Shown here piece by piece: positions 48,689 through 58,660 of a DNA stretch of 64,000 bases (the first letter of the stretch is position 1; every line of letters begins with the position of its first letter). The stretch is from Candidatus Thorarchaeota archaeon. Its GTDB lineage: Archaea > Asgardarchaeota > Thorarchaeia > Thorarchaeales > Thorarchaeaceae. The stretch covers positions 49,628-113,627 of the forward strand of contig JBHLRS010000004.1 in NCBI GenBank assembly GCA_048882325.1, written 5' to 3'. Both the position numbers and the translations under genes were made by a program. Below the pieces are notes generated by a model. It searched no databases. It saw only the letters and a list, made by a program, of their open reading frames with translations, and had not been told where the DNA came from.

Positions 48689-49456
48689 CTACTCCTTATT
48701 CCTGAATGCGAGTCTAGTATATGGCTTTCCCCACCGTTCATCATACAATAGTCCTTCAAGCGGAGGTCTACTTGGTCCGATGTGTCGATCTCTGACTGGA
48801 ATCCCAATACAAAACGCTGTCAGCGGAGTCCATATTGGCGGAACTCCAATCCTTTCTCGAATCATCTCAGTGTATCTTGAGTCCGAACATACCAAAGCCT
48901 CATATCCGCAACCATAACCCATTGCTGATGCAACCATCCACATGTTTTGTATAGCCATTCCAGCCACCACTGAACCAAAGAGTTCATTGGGATACAACTT
49001 TGTTGCGTCGTGCCATGCCTGACTCGCACATACAATTATGACTGTGTCACTCATTTCGGGATATCTGAAGAGCTGGCCATCACGGAGTCTAGAGAATACC
49101 GCAGCTCGGAATTCATCATCGATATACCAGTTCCTCCCGCTTGTGAGCTCAAAGGGGGAGTTTCCAAATACCGTCTGAGCGTTTTCGTGAGCGATGTCAG
49201 CCAGAAATTCCTTTGTGGCTTGATCATCTCTTATCACAATTAGCCGTAGCATTAACATATTCTCAGGACTTGGAGCATGTCGAGCTGCCTCCAGTATCAA
49301 CTCAATGTGTTCATCTGGGATTTTTCCGCCAGTGAATTCTCGGATTGACCTGCGTGCCCATACATGCTTCAATGCCTCAAGACCAGCTGCGATCTTTGCA
49401 TCCTCTCTCTTCTCACTCCTAGAATCTGACGTCCCCTTTGTTTTGGTCGTCATCAC
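48689..49456 (-). CDS. nitroreductase-like family protein, paralog 1
   Basis: RRSIREFTGGKIPDEHIELILEAARHAPSPEN resembles the nitroreductase N-terminal FMN-binding region. It is ~70% identical to 58661..59440 and sits first in a beta-oxidation operon. Confidence 0.55.
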   Translation of the reverse strand: MMTTKTKGTSDSRSEKREDAKIAAGLEALKHVWARRSIREFTGGKIPDEHIELILEAARHAPSPENMLMLRLIVIRDDQATKEFLADIAHENAQTVFGNSPFELTSGRNWYIDDEFRAAVFSRLRDGQLFRYPEMSDTVIIVCASQAWHDATKLYPNELFGSVVAGMAIQNMWMVASAMGYGCGYEALVCSDSRYTEMIRERIGVPPIWTPLTAFCIGIPVRDRHIGPSRPPLEGLLYDERWGKPYTRLAFRNKE

Positions 49457-49546
49457 CTCACCTCACGAAAGGTTCTATTCGATATCTGTTGTTCACTAGT
49501 ATTTGCACTATTTGAATCAGTCTGACACTGAAGTCGCACCGGTAGG

Positions 49547-50332
49547 CTACTTATGCTTGAATTCCGCCTTCCGCTTCTCGAGAAAAGCAGCTACACCTTC
49601 TTCTTTGTCCTCAGTGTCAAAGGTTTCGCAGAACAAATCAAGCTCAAATGCTAGACTATCACTGAGACTCCTTTGCCATGCGCTGTTCAATGATTGTTTA
49701 GCCGCTTTGATTGCCACTCCAGGTTTTTCAACGAGCTTTGCGGCAAGCTCTCTTACACCTTCATAGAGTGCTTCAATGGAGTCAAACACTTTGTTTACGA
49801 GACCCATCCGTAATGCTTCATCAGCCTTGATCTGGTCTCCTGTGAATACTAGTTCTTTGGCATTTCCAAGACCTATAAGTCGCGGGAGTCTAACTGTCCC
49901 CCCATATCCTGGAATGACACCCAGAAGAATCTCAGGTTGTCCGAATCTTGCATTTGCTGATGCATATCGGATGTCGCATGCCATGGCAAGCTCACAACCA
50001 CCGCCAAGAGCAAATCCGTTTACTGCTGCAATCACTGGTTTGTCAATCGATTCAATATACACACTCAGATCTTGTCCTGCTTTGGCCGCTGGACGCACTC
50101 CTTTTGAATCCAGACCTGGGAATTGAGAGATATCAGCTCCTGCAGCAAAAGCTTTCTCTCCAGCACCTGTCAGGACAATTACTCTTACAGCATCATCTTC
50201 TTCGGCTTTCTTGAAGAACTCATTGAGAGCGGTCCTTACGACAGTGTTCAGAGCATTGTATTTATCCGGTCGGTTAATTGTGATGGTTGCGATTCCATCA
50301 CTCACCTCGTAGAGAACTACCTGTTCAGACAC
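49547..50332 (-). CDS. enoyl-CoA hydratase/isomerase family
   Basis: ITINRPDKYNALN, AGADI, and GGGCELAMACD. Confidence 0.8.
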   Translation of the reverse strand: MSEQVVLYEVSDGIATITINRPDKYNALNTVVRTALNEFFKKAEEDDAVRVIVLTGAGEKAFAAGADISQFPGLDSKGVRPAAKAGQDLSVYIESIDKPVIAAVNGFALGGGCELAMACDIRYASANARFGQPEILLGVIPGYGGTVRLPRLIGLGNAKELVFTGDQIKADEALRMGLVNKVFDSIEALYEGVRELAAKLVEKPGVAIKAAKQSLNSAWQRSLSDSLAFELDLFCETFDTEDKEEGVAAFLEKRKAEFKHK

Positions 50333-50444
50333 AGCACTTCCTCCTGCAACTGCTCGCTTTGAATCAAAGGTGAGTAATAAGCCTTCGTGAGGATGAAATT
50401 CGAAAAAGATATCACTTGTTCTAGCCTATGAAATTACATCGTAG

Positions 50445-52580
50445 GTGAGGAAGGGAATGAAACCTAAGCTCGTTGCATCGATAATAAGTATCGGACTCAT
50501 ATCGTTAATCGTTGTTTCTGGCTTTGGTCATGCTACCGCAGTACCAATGCCAATCAATCTGAAAATAGGTCCCTATGTGGACAATGCTGTTTACAAAGTT
50601 ATTACCAATTCTGACCAAAGGATCCTAGCACTCCAAGCTGATGAGGTTGATCTTGACGCAAGTTTCTTTGATCCAGTGCATCTCGAAGCCTTGGACTTGG
50701 ATCCAGATATAGACATTTTCAGCGCTTTGAGAAATGGATATGGCTATCTCACAATCAATTGCCGAGATTATCCGTTGAATATCAGTGGACTCAGACGAGC
50801 ATTTGCTTATGCATTCGACAAGACCAATGTGACAGCAGATATAATGGATGGATTCTCTCAGGAGCATGACTCAGTGATTCCCTATGTGAATTCATGGTGT
50901 ATTGAGGATGAAATGCCGTATCACTACTACACGGCACAGATTGCAATAGGCAACCAAATACTCAATGATTTGGGTTTTGCAATTGATGGTGGAACAGGAT
51001 TTAGACTTGCTCCCAATGGGGCAGCATTTGATATTGAAGTCGAGTATCCATCATCATCTCCTGAGATTGGCGGAGGTGTAGCTCAGATTGCCGTGGATGC
51101 ACTTACAGCACTCCATATTGATGCTAGTGCGGTAGCTTCAGATTTCAATGATTATATTTCCAGGTTGGACAACCACGGAGCATATGACATGGTCTTCCTA
51201 GCTAAGAACTTTGGGAGCAACGATGTGGATTGGCTGGCATATGAATATTGGAGCGCTTTTTCTGATGTGGTATATCAAAACCCTTCAAACTTCGAGAATG
51301 CTACATATGACAGCTGGAGAAACCAGCTTCTCTATGGTGTTACCTATGAGGAGGTCTATGAGGCAGCATCGGAGATGCAAAGTATTCTGCAATACAATGT
51401 ACCCATCCTTGTAGTATATGAAAACGTCTACTTTCAGGCATACAGAAATGACCAGTTCACTGGTCATGTTCCAGACTTCGCTGAGTATATTACAGGACCA
51501 TGGACTATGAGAAAAATCCACAACATAGATGGAACAACAGGAGGTACAGTTACCATAGCAATCAGCCAGGAACCGGACAGCTTCAATTTCTATGTTACGA
51601 ACTCGTTTTCTTCTTCAGCTATCTTGAAGAATTTACACGCAAGTCTGTTCAAGTACGGTCCTGACTTGACACCTCAAATGGACCTGGCTCAGTCGATGCT
51701 AGTCGAAACACACACAGACAATCCTGCTGTGCCCACAGGACATACAAGATACACCATTGACATAATTCAGAATGCGACATGGACTGATGGGATGCCTCTT
51801 ACAGCTGAGGATGTGGCGTTCACGTTCGTCTATCAGTATGAAAGTGGGACGTATGGAAATCCTGCGGCAGCAGACTTGAATGATCTTGTCGCAGCCTATG
51901 CTCCGAATCCCTATACGGTGGTCATTGAGTTCGACAGTGAATCATATTGGCAGTTCGGAAGCTTTGCCTTCGAGTACATCATTCCTCAGCATATATTCAA
52001 CGATGTCGATGGAATCGGCTACGCGGGATGGAACACCTGGAATCCTGTGCTGAATCCTGCGCATCCGAATGTTAACTGTGGTCCCTTCATATTCACTGAC
52101 TATTCTGCTGGGAATTTCTATCAAATTTCAAAGAATCCCTTTTACCATTGGAGGGCACCAAACCCGCCTCCTGAGGTGAGTTCTCTGGGGTATATTGAGT
52201 ACATAGAAGGAACCACAGGACATGAGATCGTTTGGCAAGCATCAGATGACAATCCATTGGTCTATATTGTATACAAAGATAGCCTTCCAATCATCTCAGA
52301 CGTATGGGATGGAACCAATATAGTGGTAGACATCGATGGACTCACTGAGGGAATCTATAACTACACAATAGAATTGTATGACTATTCACTGAATATTGTC
52401 AGTGACACAGTCATAGTTAACGTGACATCCGCTATAACGACCACAAGTTCAACAAGCCCGACAACGCCAACCGGACCAGGTGGAGAATTACCTGACATTA
52501 TGGTGATTGCCATTGCCGGAGGTTCAATTGCTGTTATCATCATTGTGGTGGTGGCTATCTACAAAACTAAGAAAACCTAA
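50445..52580 (+). CDS. extracellular solute-binding (family-5-like) surface protein with a Ser/Thr-rich linker and C-terminal TM anchor
   Basis: N-terminal signal/TM (LVASIISIGLISLIVVSGFG). The mature domain resembles a peptide/nickel-type SBP. The C-terminus has TTTSSTSPTTPTGPGG plus a hydrophobic anchor and KTKKT. No ABC permease or ATPase genes are adjacent. Confidence 0.45.
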   Translation: MRKGMKPKLVASIISIGLISLIVVSGFGHATAVPMPINLKIGPYVDNAVYKVITNSDQRILALQADEVDLDASFFDPVHLEALDLDPDIDIFSALRNGYGYLTINCRDYPLNISGLRRAFAYAFDKTNVTADIMDGFSQEHDSVIPYVNSWCIEDEMPYHYYTAQIAIGNQILNDLGFAIDGGTGFRLAPNGAAFDIEVEYPSSSPEIGGGVAQIAVDALTALHIDASAVASDFNDYISRLDNHGAYDMVFLAKNFGSNDVDWLAYEYWSAFSDVVYQNPSNFENATYDSWRNQLLYGVTYEEVYEAASEMQSILQYNVPILVVYENVYFQAYRNDQFTGHVPDFAEYITGPWTMRKIHNIDGTTGGTVTIAISQEPDSFNFYVTNSFSSSAILKNLHASLFKYGPDLTPQMDLAQSMLVETHTDNPAVPTGHTRYTIDIIQNATWTDGMPLTAEDVAFTFVYQYESGTYGNPAAADLNDLVAAYAPNPYTVVIEFDSESYWQFGSFAFEYIIPQHIFNDVDGIGYAGWNTWNPVLNPAHPNVNCGPFIFTDYSAGNFYQISKNPFYHWRAPNPPPEVSSLGYIEYIEGTTGHEIVWQASDDNPLVYIVYKDSLPIISDVWDGTNIVVDIDGLTEGIYNYTIELYDYSLNIVSDTVIVNVTSAITTTSSTSPTTPTGPGGELPDIMVIAIAGGSIAVIIIVVVAIYKTKKT

Positions 52581-52698
52581 TCCCATGACTACCAATCAGT
52601 CATAATGAACGTGCAAACGCGCGTAATATCGTGACATCACTCAATGTTTAATTACTCGTTTGTGTAGTTCTGTATAGTACCTTCCGGAGTCAGGAATA

Positions 52699-53046
52699 TT
52701 GACGAGTTCTGAAAAGAGAAATGTCTGGATTAAGAGCCTTAGTGCAATGAAGGCATCTCTTGAGAGTTCCTATGAATTCAAGACTGTTGTCAAAGAGGAG
52801 AGAAGACTCCTTGAAGGACTGAGTGGTGTTAAGAAGGACTACATTGTCTTCTCCAGTTATAGAAGGAATGATGGTAGACGAAGGTTGGAAGACATCAAGA
52901 ACGTAATTGATGTCGCTCTGGAGAAGATAGGTCACTGTAATTCCGATGAAGCATCCAAGGTATACCTTAAAACTCTGAAGACTGTGACGATGCAGACACG
53001 TTGGGCAGCAGTTCTTGAGTCCCTCTCAGAATACTCTCATTCCTAG
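52699..53046 (+). CDS. small hypothetical protein
   Basis: ORF only. Confidence 0.25.
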   Translation: MTSSEKRNVWIKSLSAMKASLESSYEFKTVVKEERRLLEGLSGVKKDYIVFSSYRRNDGRRRLEDIKNVIDVALEKIGHCNSDEASKVYLKTLKTVTMQTRWAAVLESLSEYSHS

Positions 53047-53113
53047 TTCCAATATAATGTCACTAAACCACCATTCATATGAAATTTCTAATTATGGATT
53101 CCAAACCAAATAG

Positions 53114-53317
53114 GTGATTTTTATTCCAACAATACTAGACGAGAATTGTTGCGACGGGTGCGGGACTTGCGTCAAAACTTGTAGATATGGTGTCTATGAA
53201 AAATTAGATGAGAAACCGCAAGTGGCTCATGTGCAGTATTGTAAGGAATGTGGAAACTGCATTGAAGAGTGTCCAAATGGATGCATTTCTTTTCGGGACA
53301 GCATACGGAAGAGGTGA
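53114..53317 (+). CDS. 2x[4Fe-4S] ferredoxin
   Basis: Two Cx2Cx2Cx3CP motifs: CDGCGTCVKTC..Y and CKECGNCIEECP. Confidence 0.7.
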   Translation: MIFIPTILDENCCDGCGTCVKTCRYGVYEKLDEKPQVAHVQYCKECGNCIEECPNGCISFRDSIRKR

Positions 53318-53361
53318 CTTGAAAACAAAGAGAAAGGAGAGCCCGAAGGCTCAACCTTTAG

Positions 53362-53775
53362 CTATACTAACCACTTGTATGTGGTCATCTTGTCTGTCGT
53401 TTCAAAAGCAAGCTTCAGTGGCATTCCAACTGTAGGAGGACCCATTGGATTGGTAATGTGTGCAGTCAGCCTCAGACCTGATGGGAACTCACCAATAGCA
53501 ACAATGTAAGGTTGCTTTGATGACAGACTTGCGGGAGCAAAATCCACAATGACAAATGAGTAGAGTTTAGCTTCTCGCTCAGTGAACTCTGTTAGTTCAC
53601 ACTCGGTCATATCCTTCTGGCAGTGTTGTCTTGGTGGGAGATATTCAGATCCGCACTTGGGACATTTGCTCTTCATGAGCTTACCTTCATTAAGTGCCTC
53701 CAAAAACTTCTGGAAGAAAGGTGTCACAGCTTTGTCTGTGGAGTAACCTAGATAGATCTCCTTCTGTTCTGCCAT
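53362..53775 (-). CDS. DUF35 Zn-ribbon/OB-fold protein, thiolase partner
   Basis: CPKCGSEY...C Zn-ribbon followed by an OB-fold region. It lies 3 nt downstream of the thiolase-like gene, as in SCP-x-type thiolase/DUF35 pairs. Confidence 0.7.
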   Translation of the reverse strand: MAEQKEIYLGYSTDKAVTPFFQKFLEALNEGKLMKSKCPKCGSEYLPPRQHCQKDMTECELTEFTEREAKLYSFVIVDFAPASLSSKQPYIVAIGEFPSGLRLTAHITNPMGPPTVGMPLKLAFETTDKMTTYKWLV

Positions 53776-53778
53776 CCT

Positions 53779-54945
53779 CTACCAGCCCCTCTCAAATATG
53801 AATACGTTGACAAACTGACCTGACTGTCCGACATTGTGTGCCAGACCGTATTGAACATCATCAATTTGCCGTGACGGTTGATCAGCCTCGCCTCTCATCT
53901 GTTTCAAGATTTCATAGGTCATTGAAACTCCTGTCGCACCAAGTGGATGGCCCTTGCTCTTAAGTCCACCATCGCAGTTCACAGGGATTCTACCATCATG
54001 ATAGTTCTCCTTGTTATCAACGAGCTCCGGACCCTTACCGGGTTCTGCAAATCCTAGGTCTTCGTAAGCAATCAGTTCAGCTATAGTGAAACAGTCATGC
54101 ACCTGGGCCATGTTGATATCCTTAGGTTCGAGACCCGCCATCTTGTATGCTGCTTGGCCTGCACGCTTCGCACCCGGAATTGATGTTAGAGTAGGACGGT
54201 CTTGAATCATCATCTCAGAAGCTCCTGCGCCAATACCAGTGATCCACATTGGACTGTCTGTGAACTCTTTCACACGATCCTCAGCTGCAATAACCACAGC
54301 AGCTGCACCATCTGTGATGAGGCTGCAGTCATACAGGTTCAATGGTCTGCAGATTGGTACTGCATTGTTCGCCTCTTCAAACGACACCTCTTTTGGTAGA
54401 TGTGCCTTTGGATTCTGAGCGCCATAATGGTGCGACTTAACAGCAATCTTCGCCAATGTATCGTGTTCCATACCATACTCGCTCATATATCGAGAAGCCA
54501 TGAGTGCATAGAATGCAGGGAAACTAATACCAAATGGGTATTCCCAACGCATATCACCAGCCTGAGACATGTACTCTGTTGCTGTAGCTGATGAAACACG
54601 ATTCATTTGCTCAACACCTAGAACAAGCATGACATCATAAAGACCTGATGCTACCATTCCCCACGCAGCACGCAGGCTAGCAGTTCCAGTTGTACAGGCT
54701 GACTCAACTCTCATATGCGGTTTATCATGTAATCCAATATAGTCAGCAATCAAGGCAGATCCTGCACCTTGGCCACTGAACTGTGATGCAGCATATGAGA
54801 GGACACTTGCATCAATCTTGTCCTGACTGATTCCTTCGTCGTATATTGGTTTGTAGGCCTCAGCACAGAGTTCTCTCATTGTGGCATCGTATCTTTTTCC
54901 AAACTTGCTATGGCCACCTGCGACCACAGCAACCTTTCTTGCCAA
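53779..54945 (-). CDS. thiolase-like (SCP-x type, COG0183) acetyl-CoA acyltransferase
   Basis: VAVVAGGHSKFGKR, active-site Cys region VESACTTGTASL, and C-terminal H/C-loop regions (NCDGGLKSKGHPLGATG). Confidence 0.8.
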   Translation of the reverse strand: MARKVAVVAGGHSKFGKRYDATMRELCAEAYKPIYDEGISQDKIDASVLSYAASQFSGQGAGSALIADYIGLHDKPHMRVESACTTGTASLRAAWGMVASGLYDVMLVLGVEQMNRVSSATATEYMSQAGDMRWEYPFGISFPAFYALMASRYMSEYGMEHDTLAKIAVKSHHYGAQNPKAHLPKEVSFEEANNAVPICRPLNLYDCSLITDGAAAVVIAAEDRVKEFTDSPMWITGIGAGASEMMIQDRPTLTSIPGAKRAGQAAYKMAGLEPKDINMAQVHDCFTIAELIAYEDLGFAEPGKGPELVDNKENYHDGRIPVNCDGGLKSKGHPLGATGVSMTYEILKQMRGEADQPSRQIDDVQYGLAHNVGQSGQFVNVFIFERGW

Positions 54946-55146
54946 GTTTTCTATCCTCCATGGGAAGAGCCATCTCTGCTATATCAGAGGCTAGCTCATA
55001 TTGTTTACAGTATGTAACTCTCCATTAAGTAGGGGGTCTTAAGGTTGACGATTAGTCATCAAAAAGGAGTTGATATTCGATAGGGTATGATTTCGTGTTT
55101 CTGGGTGGAGGCAACATTAATGACGCCAATCTAGTGTATAAGGTGT

Positions 55147-55617
55147 ATGACAATTGCTGAAACTTTAATTTTTGAGATGAGTTCGACCTTTAAGATGATT
55201 CGACAAGCTGTATCGAGAATGGATAGCGACTTCTGGAAAGAAGATGAGAAAGATTGGGTATACGCCTACATTCTATTCCATATCGTGGAAGCGATTGAGT
55301 TCTATAATAGTCCGTCAGAAAAAGAGTGGGAGCCAATCAATGATGTATCTGCAAACTCCAGGAAGAAAGAAACGGAGTCACTTCTGAGGAAGGACAAGCA
55401 ATTCTTCGAAGATTATGTTTCCCGCGTAGAAGATCAAACAATGAAGATTTTTGAGAACCTGAGTGAGAATGATGTTCTGGGAAACGATGGTTTTGCACCT
55501 AGGGGATTCAAATCGATTCTACACAAGTACATCTATGTCATGCGACATTGCATGTATCATTTGGGAGAATTGACAAAGTCATTGCGTGCACGTGATATGG
55601 ATAGGATAATCTGGTAA
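55147..55617 (+). CDS. DinB/YfiT-like four-helix-bundle hypothetical protein, tentative
   Basis: A 156-aa helical protein with spaced His residues (HIVEA ... HKYIYVMRHCMYHLGEL) reminiscent of DinB_2. Weak. Confidence 0.3.
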   Translation: MTIAETLIFEMSSTFKMIRQAVSRMDSDFWKEDEKDWVYAYILFHIVEAIEFYNSPSEKEWEPINDVSANSRKKETESLLRKDKQFFEDYVSRVEDQTMKIFENLSENDVLGNDGFAPRGFKSILHKYIYVMRHCMYHLGELTKSLRARDMDRIIW

Positions 55618-55678
55618 GTTAGGTCAGTGAGTGACAAAGAAAGAGAAGATCCTCCCAAGGGGGGAGGACCGAATAATC

Positions 55679-56491
55679 TTACTCTCCAGTGAACTTGCCT
55701 CGGCGTTTCTCAAAAACGGAGGCAATTCCCTCAGCAAGATCCTTAGTGTGGAAACATTGAACACCCGCGTCGACTTGAAACTCGAAATTTTGTTTATAGT
55801 CACTCTCGAAAGCCATATGTGTCGCCTGTTTTGCAAGCTTCAAAGCTACTGGTGCATTTCCACCAAACTTCGCTCCGAACCACATGGCTTGGCTTAACAA
55901 CTCATCCTTGCCAACGACTTTGCTCACAAGGCCTATATCCAGAGCCTCTTGCGCTGTGACCTGTCCGCCAGTTAGAATCATTTCCATCGCCTTTCCGAGT
56001 CCAACGATTCTTGGGAGTCTAGCGCATCCTCCCCATGATGGAATTAATCCAATTCCAACCTCTACTGCTCCAAGCTTTGCCTCAGTATCACAGATTCGGA
56101 TGTCAGAGGCGAGAGCAAGTTCGAAACCACCGCCAAGACAGAGCCCATTAATGGCTGCTATTACTGGCTTGGAGAGCTTTGCAACAGTATCAATAGCTTC
56201 GATACCTTGTTCCAAAAGCGGTCGGACTTCATCAGGTGTGCTCAGGAGTGCTTGCGCCTCCTTCAAGTCTGCACCAACACCAAACACTTTTTCGTGCGTT
56301 GATGCGATTACGACTGACCTTACCTCTGGATCGTTTTCAGCCTCTTTCAGAGCTTCAACAAGCTCGTTGAGGATAGTTGCGTTGAAGGCATTCATGGCAT
56401 CAACGCGATTCATCTTGATTACGGCTACGTTCTTCGCAGGTGAAAGAAACGAACCCTCCTTTGAGTAAAGTAATGTTTCATATTCTGGCAC
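55679..56491 (-). CDS. enoyl-CoA hydratase/isomerase family
   Basis: AVIKMNRVDAMNAFN, GVGADL, and GGGFELALASD. Confidence 0.8.
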   Translation of the reverse strand: MPEYETLLYSKEGSFLSPAKNVAVIKMNRVDAMNAFNATILNELVEALKEAENDPEVRSVVIASTHEKVFGVGADLKEAQALLSTPDEVRPLLEQGIEAIDTVAKLSKPVIAAINGLCLGGGFELALASDIRICDTEAKLGAVEVGIGLIPSWGGCARLPRIVGLGKAMEMILTGGQVTAQEALDIGLVSKVVGKDELLSQAMWFGAKFGGNAPVALKLAKQATHMAFESDYKQNFEFQVDAGVQCFHTKDLAEGIASVFEKRRGKFTGE

Positions 56492-56589
56492 GTATATCCA
56501 CCTTTTGGGAGACTATGTTTTTTCGAGAGTAGTGAATGACTTATAAACCTCATTTATCGAGGTTGTAGGTTGCCCACTTTCAGTTGATT

Positions 56590-56626
56590 TTAAAAAAGAA
56601 GAACTAGACAGGGTTTTGACCCTGTC
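56590..56626 (-). terminator. hairpin plus T-stretch downstream of the 3-hydroxyacyl-CoA dehydrogenase gene
   Basis: gacagggt (56607-56614) and accctgtc (56619-56626) form an 8-bp stem with a 4-nt loop. On the minus strand ttcttctttttt follows, starting 9 nt after the stop codon. Confidence 0.45.
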
Positions 56627-56634
56627 AGTTTGTT

Positions 56635-57756
56635 CTAGCTTAGATACTTTGGCACTGAATAGCAGTCTCCAAAATCCTCGTGCAGCTTCTTGATGAAGTC
56701 ACGGACCTTGTCGACACCAAACTGCTCGAGCATTTCGAAGGGGCCCATAGGCCAACTTGCACCGAGCTTCATAGCCATATTGATGTCTTCTACGGATGCA
56801 ATACCATCATCAACAAGAAGCATTGCCTCTCGGATAGCGGGAATGTTGATACGCTCAACAATCCAATTAGGATCTGCACCCTTTGGATCTTTAACCTCAT
56901 CCTCTTCAGCACCATAGGAATAAAAGCCCTGCTTGGACTTCATACCGATGTGACCTGCATCAAAAAGCTTCTTGAGGGTTTCAGGAGGTTTGAAGCAGTC
57001 TCCAATCTCTCGATAGAGTGTCGACATAGCATTGAAGGTTATATCCAAACCAACGAAATCCCCAAGTGTGAAGGGACCTGCAGGCGCCTTTCCCACACTA
57101 ACCATTGCTGTGTCAATCTCCTCTTTTGTTGCTTCACCACGCTCTAGCATCAGAAGTGCTTCACGCATGGCAGGCATTAGAAGGCGATTGACAATGAAGC
57201 CAGGACTATTCTTAGCTATCACAGTTTGTTTTCCTTGGGTCTTGCCTACATTCTCACAAGTAGAAATCGTTTCATCAGTTGTCTTATCACCAACAACTAT
57301 CTCAAGGAGCTTCATTGCTGGGACAGGTGAGAAGTAGTGCATTCCTATGAATTTCTCAGGTCTTTTTGTGGCACTTGCTAGCTCATCAATGCTTAACGAG
57401 GACGTGTTTGTCGCCAAAATCGTATGCTCTGGTGCAGCCGCATCTATCTTAGTGAAGACTTCTTTCTTGACTTCCATGTTCTCAAAGATAGCTTCGATGA
57501 CCAGATCAGCGTCTTTGACAGCCTCCTCGGTGTTGGTTGTGGCTTTTAGGCGACTCATGAGACCTTCTGCATCACTCATTGAAATCTTCCCTTTGTCGAT
57601 ACCAGTCATGACATCTGTGCGGATTCGCTCCATGCCAGCATCGACAAACTCCTGCTTTATGTCTACGACAGTGACTTCGAAACCATTCCATGCTGAAACA
57701 TAGGCTATACCCGCACCCATCAGCCCTGCGCCTATGACCGCGATTTTTTTGACCAT
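56635..57756 (-). CDS. 3-hydroxyacyl-CoA dehydrogenase
   Basis: KIAVIGAGLMGAGIAYV, NTSSLSI, and GMHYFSPVPAMKLLEIV. It is ~60% identical to 47555..48685. Confidence 0.85.
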   Translation of the reverse strand: MVKKIAVIGAGLMGAGIAYVSAWNGFEVTVVDIKQEFVDAGMERIRTDVMTGIDKGKISMSDAEGLMSRLKATTNTEEAVKDADLVIEAIFENMEVKKEVFTKIDAAAPEHTILATNTSSLSIDELASATKRPEKFIGMHYFSPVPAMKLLEIVVGDKTTDETISTCENVGKTQGKQTVIAKNSPGFIVNRLLMPAMREALLMLERGEATKEEIDTAMVSVGKAPAGPFTLGDFVGLDITFNAMSTLYREIGDCFKPPETLKKLFDAGHIGMKSKQGFYSYGAEEDEVKDPKGADPNWIVERINIPAIREAMLLVDDGIASVEDINMAMKLGASWPMGPFEMLEQFGVDKVRDFIKKLHEDFGDCYSVPKYLS

Positions 57757-57768
57757 TTGTATGACCTC

Positions 57769-58128
57769 CTACATCGCACCCATCATTACAGCTAAGATAA
57801 GATTGGCAAGAGCATCACTCTCATGAGCATTTCCAATCACTTCAAGACTGCCGTCCTTCATGGTGTCCTTGAATGGTATATCACCAGTGAATATACCAAG
57901 CAAAGTTTCAGCATTCGACTTGTAGATAACATCAGGACTGGGATAAACACCTTCGAAGAGGTCAATCCTTTCTTTTGTAACAACCATGTACTGCGATCCC
58001 TCCTCAGTGTGTACCTGAAGGATCTTTCCATGATATGGACCAACCCAATCAGCAAGTTGTTTCTTTAGGTCCTCCTTTGTATTGCATTGCGTTTGAAGGA
58101 ACTTGAAAAATTCTTGTAGTTGAGACAT
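57769..58128 (-). CDS. SCP2 (sterol carrier protein 2)-like small protein
   Basis: A 119-aa protein with the ...FTGDIPFKDTMKDGSLEVIGNAHES..L C-terminal pattern of SCP2 domains. Confidence 0.6.
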   Translation of the reverse strand: MSQLQEFFKFLQTQCNTKEDLKKQLADWVGPYHGKILQVHTEEGSQYMVVTKERIDLFEGVYPSPDVIYKSNAETLLGIFTGDIPFKDTMKDGSLEVIGNAHESDALANLILAVMMGAM

Positions 58129-58131
58129 CTT

Positions 58132-58659
58132 TTAGTCCTCCTTTGCTATCCAGTCATCCACTGCCTCATGCATTACAGCTTCCACTGATGTCGCCCAGAT
58201 GTTGCCTTTCTTCTCTTTCACCTTGTCAAGAAATGCATCATACTTGTCGCCGTCCATTAGGACAACCACTCTGCCCTTTCTATCATTGATGAAAGCCTGG
58301 TGAATCATCTTCTTTGTGTTCCAGTACTCATGTTGGATGTCACCTTCCTTAAGTCGGGGATAGAAAGGCCATTCACCTGTTGGATGTGGTCTATAGGATT
58401 TTCCACCGCTTTTCCACCTGGCAACCTTGTCACCAGTGGCTTCCTTAAAGCCAGGTCTGAAAGGCCATTGTGGAACATAGCGGAATCCTTTCTCTCCATC
58501 TACTACTCCACCGGACCAACGACCAGTGTAGACACGTCCACCTTTGTTGTCGCAGAACTGTTCCATTACAACTTCGATGAAACCTTCAGGAGTTAGACCC
58601 GCCTCTTCAGCCAATTTCTTCATGTTTTCTAGAGTTTCTCCTTCAAAATTGACGTCCAT
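58132..58659 (-). CDS. Trp/Lys-rich hypothetical protein embedded in the beta-oxidation operon
   Basis: A 175-aa protein with no recognisable motif. It is tightly packed, with 1-3 nt gaps, between the nitroreductase-like and SCP2 genes. Confidence 0.4.
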   Translation of the reverse strand: MDVNFEGETLENMKKLAEEAGLTPEGFIEVVMEQFCDNKGGRVYTGRWSGGVVDGEKGFRYVPQWPFRPGFKEATGDKVARWKSGGKSYRPHPTGEWPFYPRLKEGDIQHEYWNTKKMIHQAFINDRKGRVVVLMDGDKYDAFLDKVKEKKGNIWATSVEAVMHEAVDDWIAKED

Positions 58660-58660
58660 A

